DNA from: an uncultured Methanomicrobiales archaeon
GTDB taxonomy: Archaea > Halobacteriota > Methanomicrobia > Methanomicrobiales > Methanospirillaceae
Direction of reading: 5' to 3'
Length of the DNA stretch: 64,000 bases
Assembly (NCBI GenBank): GCA_963697895.1
Contig: OY969100.1
Coordinates: 1,088,001-1,152,000 of the forward strand
Position 1 is the first letter of the stretch, and every line of letters starts with the position of its first letter. Shown here piece after piece: positions 40,782 to 49,721 of the stretch. A program made the position numbers and the translations under genes. The notes beneath the pieces were generated by a model. That model saw nothing but the letters and a program-made list of their open reading frames with translations. It made no database searches and was not told the origin of the DNA.

Positions 40782-41675
40782 ATGAAAGAACCGGAACATA
40801 AAACGAATCCGACCTTTGCGTTGGTCCTCGGCGGGGGCGGCCTGCTGGGGGCTGCTTGGGAGGCAGGATTGATTGCCGGCATCGCAGAAGAAGAAGCCGG
40901 AATTACCCGGGCGGACCGGCTCATCGGGACTTCCTCTGGTGCGATTATCGGGTTGCAGATAGCTCTCGGACGAGCACCAGGGGACATTTTCCAGGGCCAG
41001 ATCGCTATGGCGGAGGATTACATAAAACAAAATCCTGTCCGGCCGGAGAGCAGTCCGTCACCGGCCGGGCAACCTCCCATTATTCAGGAGATCCTGAAAG
41101 CGGCTCTCGAGGGTGATGTACCCCGGGAATTGCTGGCAAAGATCGGCAGGATAGCGCTCGAGGCTCCCGCACTCCCCGAAGAACCATTCGTTGCCCAATT
41201 TCAGCCGCTCCTCAAACCGGGCGAGAGGTGGCCCGATCGATTCGTCTGCATCGCACTCGATGTGGAGGACGGCACCCTCGCGGTCTGGGACAAAGATTCC
41301 CGGGTTGATCCGGTTCGTGCAATTGCGGCAAGTGCTGCCGCTCCGTTCGTGGTGACCCCGATTCAGATCCATGGTCACCGGTACATGGACGCCGGTCTCC
41401 GGTCAACGACAAACGCCGACATTGCAAAAGGATTTGACCGCGTTGTTATTGTGGCACCGTCTGCTGCGTTCATGCCTGAGTTGAAAATACCGGCAAAGCG
41501 GGAGGTTGCTATGATTGAACAGGCGGGAGGAAAGGCTATCCTGATCACGCCGGACAAATATTCAACGGAGGCGATGGGATTCAATCCCATGGATGCAGCG
41601 CGAAGCGGGGCAGTGGCAAGGACAGCGTTTAAACAGGGTAAAGAAGAATCGGGGGCGATAAAAGAGTTACTCTGA
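40782..41675 (+). CDS. Patatin-like phospholipase
   Basis: LVLGGGG..G oxyanion motif, GTSSG nucleophile, ASAAAP, YMDAG catalytic Asp. Confidence 0.9.
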   Translation: MKEPEHKTNPTFALVLGGGGLLGAAWEAGLIAGIAEEEAGITRADRLIGTSSGAIIGLQIALGRAPGDIFQGQIAMAEDYIKQNPVRPESSPSPAGQPPIIQEILKAALEGDVPRELLAKIGRIALEAPALPEEPFVAQFQPLLKPGERWPDRFVCIALDVEDGTLAVWDKDSRVDPVRAIAASAAAPFVVTPIQIHGHRYMDAGLRSTTNADIAKGFDRVVIVAPSAAFMPELKIPAKREVAMIEQAGGKAILITPDKYSTEAMGFNPMDAARSGAVARTAFKQGKEESGAIKELL

Positions 41676-42006
41676 AGGGTGGGCACCGTTCAGGTGTGTA
41701 TCGAAGAAGCCCGGATGTTCCAGGAGGTGACTCAGGCCCTCCTCACGTGAAATGCTATCCCTTTTATAATGTGGAGATCCTCAGGAACGAGAGCGGGAAG
41801 ATAATATAAGACAGAATATATGAAATTCCGGCATATCGTCAGATTTACGGTCACCCGGCAACGTGGCCGAAAAGATTATTGCCCCGGAACACTATCCACC
41901 CTCCAATGCCCTGCACCGGGAGGGTTTGGGAAGCCGCTGAGGTGGAGGCGTTCCCTGGCAGAACCTCCTGACGAACGGGCAGGTAATGAGAAGCGGAGGC
42001 GAAAAT

Positions 42007-42264
42007 ATGTTATTTTTCCTGAAGTTCACGTTCGACCCCGAGCATACCCAGCGGGTGATCGAACTCTGGAAGCACTTCACCTTCCCCAAAGAAGTGAAGA
42101 TGATCGGACGGTATTTACTTATCGGCAAGCACACGTCGGTGGCGATATTCGAAGCACCGGACGCGGAGACCCTGATAAAGATCGTCGGACCGTTTGCAGG
42201 CCTGGGGGTCGCCCATATAACCCCGGCGATGCCGCTCGAAGAGGCCCTGAAAGTCTGGTGGTAG
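42007..42264 (+). CDS. DUF3303 family (dimeric alpha-beta barrel) protein
   Basis: MLF...F.F, P.EVK.IGRY, IFEA.DAE, ITPAM..EEA. Confidence 0.75.
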   Translation: MLFFLKFTFDPEHTQRVIELWKHFTFPKEVKMIGRYLLIGKHTSVAIFEAPDAETLIKIVGPFAGLGVAHITPAMPLEEALKVWW

Positions 42265-42455
42265 ATTCTCTCTCCCGCAAGGTCCTACCTATATCTTTCC
42301 TTTTTCCCGAAATTCTCCCTGCAACCGGTCCGGCCAGGGAACGACGATTCTTCCCGGACTGGCAATGTCACCGGTAAAAAATCCGGATTGTCCGGTAAAA
42401 TATTTATTTTCCTAAGGATTCAAAAAAAAAGAGGGGCGGGGGATAGGCGATAATT

Positions 42456-42914
42456 TCATTCGTGCATGATCTCATCGAGTTCGATCCGGAACCGGGTGAC
42501 CGTGTCCAGTTTCCGCTTATCCCTGCCGAACCATGCCAGGATTCCGGCGATAAATAAGATAAGCGCGTTCATGAGGAACAGGTACATGTTTACGGATATC
42601 GACAGGGTACTCTGGAAGGTCGGCGTTCCATAGGAGAGGGTATTGATCACCGTATTACGGAACAGGTACCCAAAGAGGATCAGCACTATTCCGGATATGA
42701 AAAAGAGAACCGGTCCGGCCGTCCGGCGCTTTGCGATGAAATATAACCCGACGATCTCGACGAAGACCAGGAGGAGGACCCCGTATATCAGGGAAGACAG
42801 GGGGGTAAGGAGGTACGGGCCGGTCGAACCCCAGAGCATGAACCCGATTATCAGGTTTACGATGATCCCGATCGCCCCGATAATTATCGCGATTCTGGTT
42901 ACCAGTGGCTGCAT
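42456..42914 (-). CDS. Hypothetical 4-TM membrane protein
   Basis: Four hydrophobic segments in 152 aa. Confidence 0.7.
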   Translation of the reverse strand: MQPLVTRIAIIIGAIGIIVNLIIGFMLWGSTGPYLLTPLSSLIYGVLLLVFVEIVGLYFIAKRRTAGPVLFFISGIVLILFGYLFRNTVINTLSYGTPTFQSTLSISVNMYLFLMNALILFIAGILAWFGRDKRKLDTVTRFRIELDEIMHE

Positions 42915-43202
42915 AGATCTCTCATAACACGCTGGGAGGTTATGAATTTTATTCTCCCTTTCCGGGTTGAACCGGGGAGCACGGCGGTGGAGGATCGACA
43001 GGGAGGAAGAGACAGAACATCGGCTAACGGGCGATCACGGTCGTGCACGGAATGAGAGCGATGAAAACGGGAGACGAAGCCCGAAGGGGAATTGATTCGG
43101 TGACAATGAACGGCAGGGCATTCCCACCCGAAATTAACAGGCTTCCGGGGTTTTAATTATCGTGCAGGTATACAGTAATCAGGTGAATCGAAGGAACAGG
43201 TC

Positions 43203-43925
43203 ATGAAAGAGATCAAATGGAGAAGCTGGGACCGTTCCACGTGGATACTGGTCATAATCGGCATTTTAGTTGCTGCATTTCTTATCCAGTACCTGTTCCT
43301 CTGGATATTCTGGGTATATGGCCCCATCAGTCATCCGGGAGCGTACGAATACGGGATAACGGTGACCGGGCTCTCCGGCTTCACCGGCGGCGATTCCACC
43401 CGGATTGATATTCCTTTTCCCGAGAAGATTGATAATACAACCGTATTCCGGCCGCAGGATATCGATAACCGGACATCCGGGATATGGACCTCGCGGCTGG
43501 TTTCGGGATCCGGAGGCCCGATGATCCGTTTCTCGACCAGTGAACAAAACCTGACCGATATTCATGCCGTGTTCTATCGCAAGGAGGAAGGCCACATGGA
43601 CCGGTACCGGGATCTTTCGGAAAAAATGAGTCCGTATATCGAAAATGCCACAACCCCCTATACCCGGTGGATCTATAATCAAAGTCCCGGGGAGGGTCCG
43701 GTTACCCGGGTGGCCGTCGATTCCGGACTCAAACCGCATGATGCATACTCGAACCTCACCTTCGACCTCGAATTTACTGCAGGAGGAGGCGTCGTCTCCA
43801 GCCAGCCGAGAGATTGGTACCGGTTGAGTGTTGTCGAGGATATCCCTGCCGGGGTCACGGGAAGTATACCCGTCAGGGTCCAGATCGGGAAACAGGTGAA
43901 CAACCGCTGGGTTCCTTTCCCGTGA
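43203..43925 (+). CDS. Hypothetical membrane-anchored extracellular protein
   Basis: Single N-terminal TM followed by a beta-rich domain with N-x-S/T sequons. Confidence 0.75.
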   Translation: MKEIKWRSWDRSTWILVIIGILVAAFLIQYLFLWIFWVYGPISHPGAYEYGITVTGLSGFTGGDSTRIDIPFPEKIDNTTVFRPQDIDNRTSGIWTSRLVSGSGGPMIRFSTSEQNLTDIHAVFYRKEEGHMDRYRDLSEKMSPYIENATTPYTRWIYNQSPGEGPVTRVAVDSGLKPHDAYSNLTFDLEFTAGGGVVSSQPRDWYRLSVVEDIPAGVTGSIPVRVQIGKQVNNRWVPFP

Positions 43926-44069
43926 GCAGATGAGGGTATGGACCTTCCTCTCGTTTTTTCGCGAAGGGATTCCTAACCGCACCACCGGGGCACGGGCGTC
44001 TGCGGTTCACCATGCCGGGACCAGCCGTATCCGCAGATTCTATACGCCTGCACGGTACAGATCTCCCTC

Positions 44070-44885
44070 TTGAAAGGAGGAGCTCCCACGCCGCTGATCG
44101 AATTCCCCCCGGATCAGGATTATCGCGGAGAGGGTATTTCGCAGGGACTTGCCCGGGGCATGCTTGTCTCTGCCGACGGGAGGAATATCACCGGGGAGGG
44201 GATGGGTATCGGCGCTGTCGCCCTGAAGGACGCCCGGTTCTCCTACTTCTCCCGGGAGTGCACCACGACGGTGCACGGGCCGGACCGTATGGAAAAGGCC
44301 TATCTCATCGATACCCGCATGCTCTGGGGCCGGAAGGATTCCCCCTCGGTCTCCCTGACCCGGTTCATGGAGCGGGTGAACAACGGGTACATGCGATGGC
44401 CCGTCCTCCAGTATCTCCTTCCCGTGGGATCTTCCGCGAAGAATCTCCTCGGCCTCCGGCCTGTCTTCGAACCCATCCCTCCGGTCGCCGAGGGACGGTT
44501 CATCTACCGCATAACGGGGAACCGGATCGAAGTCTCCTGCACGATCCGCCCCCTCGCCGGGCGTCTGCCATCCGTGTATATCCTCAGTGAACTTGCCGCA
44601 GATTCGTTCACCCATGCGTTCTCGGGGGGAACGGTGACGAAACCTCCTTCCGGGTGGGTCCGGCATGAACCCGGGAGCGACCTGTACGACCCGGTTCACC
44701 GGCTCCGGTTCACGTTCTCCCCGGGTTCATCAGGGGGATCGGCCCCTCCCACGGTCTGGTGGGGGCGGGAGCATACGAAGAACCTCCGGTGGGCGGGCTA
44801 TTCCCTGGAATTCCCCGAGGGGGAGGAGTCAGGAAAACCTGTTTCGTGCAACTACACGGTCTGTCTCCGGGAGGAATCCCCGTGA
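44070..44885 (+). CDS. Hypothetical protein translationally coupled to a B12 radical SAM gene
   Basis: 271 aa; its TGA overlaps the GTG of the next gene (GTGA at 44882-44885). Confidence 0.7.
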   Translation: MKGGAPTPLIEFPPDQDYRGEGISQGLARGMLVSADGRNITGEGMGIGAVALKDARFSYFSRECTTTVHGPDRMEKAYLIDTRMLWGRKDSPSVSLTRFMERVNNGYMRWPVLQYLLPVGSSAKNLLGLRPVFEPIPPVAEGRFIYRITGNRIEVSCTIRPLAGRLPSVYILSELAADSFTHAFSGGTVTKPPSGWVRHEPGSDLYDPVHRLRFTFSPGSSGGSAPPTVWWGREHTKNLRWAGYSLEFPEGEESGKPVSCNYTVCLREESP

Positions 44886-46321
44886 AGGGCGTAGGAGGGC
44901 TCGCACTGGCACGGGTCGATGCGGCCCTGCCGGGAGAGATCCCGGAGCGTGACGGTGGCGTTGCGCTCATATTCCCGTATCTCCGCGAGGAAGATCCGGT
45001 CGAACCCGAAAAACTGTTTCCCCCCCTCTCCGTCGCGTATCTCTCCAGCCAGCTGAAGGAGCGGTCGGTGCCGGTATCGGTGTACGACGGGACCTTCCGC
45101 TCCCCCGATGAGATCATCCGGGACGTGGCCCGTGAAGAACCCGCGATCGTCAGCATCTACCTGATGATCACGATGGTCCGGAACGGATCGTACCTCCTTG
45201 ATTCCCTGAAAAGACTGCTACCCGACACGCTCTTTATCACCGGCGGGCCTCTCCCGACCCTCTACCCGGTGCGGTTTGCCAATACATTCGATATCGTCTT
45301 CCGGGGGGAGGGCGATCTCACCGTCGCCCGGTTCTGCGACGAGTACCGGACTGCCGGGTGCACCCCGGCCGACCTCTCCGCCCTGGACCTCTCTTCCTAC
45401 CGGGGCATCTACCGGCACCGGGGAGAGAAGATAGTCAGCGTGCCGCCGGTCCACCACCCGGTTTCCGTCATCGAAGCGCTCCCGCTCCCCGACCGGAGCG
45501 GCTTCGACCACCGCCGGTACCAGGAGTTCTGGGAACGCACCGCCGGGTGCCGGATGACGACGATCCTGATCACGCGGGGGTGCCCGTACTCCTGTGATTT
45601 CTGCTCGAAACCCGTCTGGGGAAATGATTACCGGAAACCCTCCCTGGACCGGGTGTTTGCCGAGATCCGGGAGATCCTCGCGCTCGGGTACAACCGGCTC
45701 TGGATCGCGGATGACTCGTTCACCCTCGATACCGGGTATCTCCGGGAGTTCTGCACGAGCAAGGTCCGGGAGGGGCTCCCGTTCACCTGGGTCTGCCTCT
45801 CGCGGGTCGACCGGCTCGATTCGGCGATCGTCGGTCTCATGCGGGATGCCGGGTGCGTGCGGGTCTACCTGGGGCTCGAGTCCGGAAACGATGCAACACT
45901 CCGGCTCATGGGCAAGCAGGCGACGGTTGCGGAGGGGATCGAGGCGGTCCGGCTCTTCCGGGAGGCAGGGATCGAGACCTCGGCCTTCTTCATCGTCGGG
46001 TACCCGGGCGAGACGGAGCAATCGGTGGATGACACCCTTGCACTTGCCTCCTCTCTCCCGCTCGACGAGATCTCGATCAACGTCCCCTTCCCTCTTCCGG
46101 GATCCCCGCTCTTTTCCCGGGTGGGCTCCGTCGACACCACGGCAGACTGGGACAAGGCCAACGATATCACCTTCATTTATCAATCCGAATTCGACGAATC
46201 CGTGTTACGGGAGAAGATCCAACGGGCCGGGGACCTGTTCCGGGAAAGAAAACGGGAACGGAAAGAGAGAGAAAAGCCGGGGGTGATCTTTCCGGGGAAT
46301 GCCGGGGACTTTGTCCGGTGA
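44882..46321 (+). CDS. B12-binding-domain radical SAM protein (class B methyltransferase-like)
   Basis: PPLSVAYL, GGPLPT, GEGD, TRGCPYSCDFC, DDSF, GLESG, FIVGYPGET. Confidence 0.92.
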   Translation: MKGVGGLALARVDAALPGEIPERDGGVALIFPYLREEDPVEPEKLFPPLSVAYLSSQLKERSVPVSVYDGTFRSPDEIIRDVAREEPAIVSIYLMITMVRNGSYLLDSLKRLLPDTLFITGGPLPTLYPVRFANTFDIVFRGEGDLTVARFCDEYRTAGCTPADLSALDLSSYRGIYRHRGEKIVSVPPVHHPVSVIEALPLPDRSGFDHRRYQEFWERTAGCRMTTILITRGCPYSCDFCSKPVWGNDYRKPSLDRVFAEIREILALGYNRLWIADDSFTLDTGYLREFCTSKVREGLPFTWVCLSRVDRLDSAIVGLMRDAGCVRVYLGLESGNDATLRLMGKQATVAEGIEAVRLFREAGIETSAFFIVGYPGETEQSVDDTLALASSLPLDEISINVPFPLPGSPLFSRVGSVDTTADWDKANDITFIYQSEFDESVLREKIQRAGDLFRERKRERKEREKPGVIFPGNAGDFVR

Positions 46322-46598
46322 CACGATTCACGAAGGAATGCAGGGTGATACGTAAATTGACACCGGACGAGGGACAGATGTCATCCATACGAAAACAGAA
46401 GGGAAGAGGGAAATTTTCCACACGCAGGGAAATTGGGGGATCCTTGTCAGCCGATACAGGGAAATTGCAGACATGTCTGGTTCATTTCAACAGGAAAACA
46501 TCCTGTGGCGAGAATACACCACTCCTGCCGGCTGATACCAGGTTCCCGAAAATCCATATCATTTTTTAATCTGTCTGCTTACATCTTCTGGAAACCAG

Positions 46599-47792
46599 AT
46601 GCCGTCCACCCAGCTTCCCGCTTTTCATCTCATGGCAAAACCCGGGGGATCCCGGTGCAACCTGGCCTGCCGGTATTGCTTCTACCTCGGTAAACGGGAG
46701 CTGTATCCGGGAAGCCGGTTCCACATGTCCGATGAAGTCCTTGAAGAGTACATACGGCAGACCATCGGGGCCCATCGCATCCCGGAAGTCACGTTTGCAT
46801 GGCAGGGTGGTGAGCCCACCGTTCTTGGTCCTGACTTCTTCAGAAAGGCGATTGAACTGCAGAAGAAGTATTGCAGACCCGGGATGGTGATCCATAACAC
46901 CCTCCAGACGAACGGTACCCTGCTCGACGACCAGTGGTGCGAATTTTTCCGGAAAAACGGGTTTCTCGTCGGTATCAGCATCGATGGACCAAAGGATCTG
47001 CACGACGCCTGCAGGACAGATGCACAGGGCAGGGGTACTTTTGAACGCGTGATGCAGGGGCTCTCTCTCCTGAAAGAGCATCATGTTGAGTTCAATATCC
47101 TGTGTACCGTCAATGCGGTGAACGGGGACCACCCTCTTCTCGTCTACCGCTTCTTCCGGGATGAGGCGAAGGTGCAGTTCATCCAGTTCATCCCGGTGGT
47201 GGAACGTGACCCTCAGACGGGTGAAATGGCACCCTGTTCCGTGAGGCCGGACCAGTTCGGGAAATTCCTGATCGGGGTCTTTGATGAATGGGTACGACAT
47301 GACGTGGGAGCGGTATATGTCCAGCAGTTCGATACCGCCCTTGCCTGCTGGTACGGCGAACCCCATGGAATTTGCGTTTTTTCGCCCACCTGCGGGCATG
47401 CGATGGTGATCGAGCACAACGGGGATATCTACTCGTGCGATCATTTCGTCAATCCTGAGCACCTGCTCGGGAATATCCTGGTCACTCCGCTGGCAGAGCT
47501 GGTCAACAGCGGGAGACAATCACAATTTGGCCGTGATAAACGCGAAACACTCCCGAAACACTGCCGGGACTGCCCGGTCCTCTTCGCATGTCAGGGTGAA
47601 TGCCCGAAGAACCGGTTCGCGATAGCACCCGGTGGGGAACCCGGCCTGAATTATCTCTGTGAAGGCTACCGGATGTTCTTCTCGCATATTACCGGACCGA
47701 TGAAGTTCATGGTACGCGAATTAACAGCCGGTCGGCCGCCGTCGAATATCATGAAGTTCGTTGCGAGCCGGAATATCTCTGATACTCAATGA
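46599..47792 (+). CDS. Anaerobic sulfatase maturase (anSME/AtsB/ChuR-type radical SAM-SPASM)
   Basis: CNLACRYCFY, WQGGEPT, QTNGTLL, SIDGP, C....TCG, NGDIYSCDH, C.DC....AC.GECPKNR. Confidence 0.95.
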   Translation: MPSTQLPAFHLMAKPGGSRCNLACRYCFYLGKRELYPGSRFHMSDEVLEEYIRQTIGAHRIPEVTFAWQGGEPTVLGPDFFRKAIELQKKYCRPGMVIHNTLQTNGTLLDDQWCEFFRKNGFLVGISIDGPKDLHDACRTDAQGRGTFERVMQGLSLLKEHHVEFNILCTVNAVNGDHPLLVYRFFRDEAKVQFIQFIPVVERDPQTGEMAPCSVRPDQFGKFLIGVFDEWVRHDVGAVYVQQFDTALACWYGEPHGICVFSPTCGHAMVIEHNGDIYSCDHFVNPEHLLGNILVTPLAELVNSGRQSQFGRDKRETLPKHCRDCPVLFACQGECPKNRFAIAPGGEPGLNYLCEGYRMFFSHITGPMKFMVRELTAGRPPSNIMKFVASRNISDTQ

Positions 47793-48032
47793 GTCGAATA
47801 ACCCGGTAGGACATGAAGTTCATTGCGGGCCGGAATATCTCTGATACTCAATGAGTCGAATAACCCGGTAGGACATGAAGTTCATTGCGGGCCGGAATAT
47901 CTCTGATACTCAATGAGTCGAATAACCCGGTAGGACATGAAATGTATTGCGATCAGAATACACTGATACTTAATGAGTCGAATAACCCGGTAGGACATGA
48001 AGTGTATTGCGAGCCGGAATACCTCTGATACA
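47751..48032 (+). repeat. Tandem repeat, 62-bp unit x ~4.6, starting inside the last 14 codons of the maturase
   Basis: ATGAAGTTC.TTGCG.GCCGGAATATCTCTGATACTCAATGAGTCGAATAACCCGGTAGGAC units start at 47751, 47813, 47875, 47937 (60 bp) and 47997 (partial). Confidence 0.95.
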
Positions 48033-48228
48033 CAATCAGCCGGGAAACCCGGTCGGAACGATCCGTTCCCGTGTGGAAGCGGGAAATAGTACAAGCATTG
48101 TTGTAGGGGAACGTGAATGGCCTGAGCGTTCCAGCCTCCCTGCCCCCCGCTTTTTCGGAAAGATCAAAACCACTTATTTATATACGAACCCTGCACGAAC
48201 CTCAGGCAACAAACCGAGACGAGATACC

Positions 48229-49563
48229 ATGCCCGAGATCCAGGAACCTGCAGGCACCGCAGAACCCCCTCCGCTGGGGTCCAGCGAAGTTACTTCCATC
48301 CAGGGAACGAGTTCGCGGATCTGGCATATTGTTCTCATCGCGTTCATCGCGATCGCCTTTACCGCGGTCTACATGACCAGCTATCTCTGGTTAAACGATC
48401 AGATCTGGTTCGAGAACGATTTTGTCCTGAACAATCCCTGGACGATCCCCGCCCTGGTTTTGTTCTTCTCTCTGCTCGTCGGTCTCAGCCAGAGATACCT
48501 GCACGCACCGACGGTGATCAAAGGCGGGTTCGTGGAATCGATCAAAGGAGGTGGAGAACACGCGAATTACCGGACCTTTCCGGGCGCCCTGCTCTCCTCA
48601 TTCGCCTCGCTCCTCTCCGGGGCAAGTATCGGGCCTGAGGGTACGATCGCGATCCTGGTCGGGGATATCGCGGAATTCACCCGGGAGAAGTTGAAGATCG
48701 CCGTCGATTCTGCGAATGATGCCCTCGGGTTCGATGTCGCCGCCCTCGCCTCGGCGTTCAACGGCATCATCGGCAGTGTATTGTTCACCGGAGTGTTTGC
48801 CACCGAGTTCCAGGTCGGGGGGAAGAAAGACGCCCTCAGGTTCCTTATCTGGAACCTCCTTGCAGGCACCATCGGGTTCCTCTTTTATATCTCTCTGGGT
48901 CTTCCCGCATTTTTCCAGTCGATCGTGTTCACCCCGATCGACGAACTGAAGATTGAGTATATCGTGTACGCGATCCTGCTCGGCGTACTGGGGGCGGTGC
49001 TCGCACTCTTCTCCGGGCTGTCGATGCAGGGGATAGGGAGGATCATCGAGCGGACATTCGGGGACCGGGTGGTTACCCGTATCCTCGCCGCGGGAGTGAT
49101 AATCGCGATCATCGGGTATTTTATCCCGCAGCTGCTCTTCTCCGGGGAGGTACAGATCCACACGATCATCGAAAACCCCGCGGAGGTAGGAATCGCCCTG
49201 CTCCTCCTCATGGCGATACTGAAGATCCTCCTCCTCGCCCTTTCGTTCAAGAGCGGGTATCTCGGCGGTCCCATCTTCCCGATCCTCTTTTCCTGCACGA
49301 TGATCGCCCTCGCCCTGAACCTTGCCTTTCCCAGTGTCCCGCTCTCGATCCTGGTCCTCTGCATCGAGAGTGCCGCGATCACCCTGGCACTGGGTGCACC
49401 GCTGACGGCGATCCTCCTGGTCACTGTTGTCGGTACCGCAAGCCAGTACGAGATCGCTCTCCTCGCACTTTCCGCGGTTACTGCAATGGCCATCGCCCTG
49501 GCAGCCAGGGAGCTCCGGGAACGCCGGAATGCACAGAAATCTCCCCTGGTTGCCGCCGCCTGA
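48229..49563 (+). CDS. CLC chloride channel/transporter family protein
   Basis: SGASIGPEG, SGYLGGPIFP, LLFSGE; about 11 TM. Confidence 0.88.
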   Translation: MPEIQEPAGTAEPPPLGSSEVTSIQGTSSRIWHIVLIAFIAIAFTAVYMTSYLWLNDQIWFENDFVLNNPWTIPALVLFFSLLVGLSQRYLHAPTVIKGGFVESIKGGGEHANYRTFPGALLSSFASLLSGASIGPEGTIAILVGDIAEFTREKLKIAVDSANDALGFDVAALASAFNGIIGSVLFTGVFATEFQVGGKKDALRFLIWNLLAGTIGFLFYISLGLPAFFQSIVFTPIDELKIEYIVYAILLGVLGAVLALFSGLSMQGIGRIIERTFGDRVVTRILAAGVIIAIIGYFIPQLLFSGEVQIHTIIENPAEVGIALLLLMAILKILLLALSFKSGYLGGPIFPILFSCTMIALALNLAFPSVPLSILVLCIESAAITLALGAPLTAILLVTVVGTASQYEIALLALSAVTAMAIALAARELRERRNAQKSPLVAAA

Positions 49564-49721
49564 CCAGATCCTTTTATTTTTTAAAAATCAGAGAGTATTG
49601 GTGCGTTCTTCCTTTTTGACTTCTTCACCCTCGACGTATACTGGATGATGATTGTCATCAATTCATCTCAATGAACGGATATTTCGCGTGGAAATAGTGC
49701 ATATAAAAAGAAGGGGCGATT

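Noticed and set aside
47751-48032. Possible CRISPR array
   Set aside because: Whole units repeat with no unique spacers; no cas genes in the window
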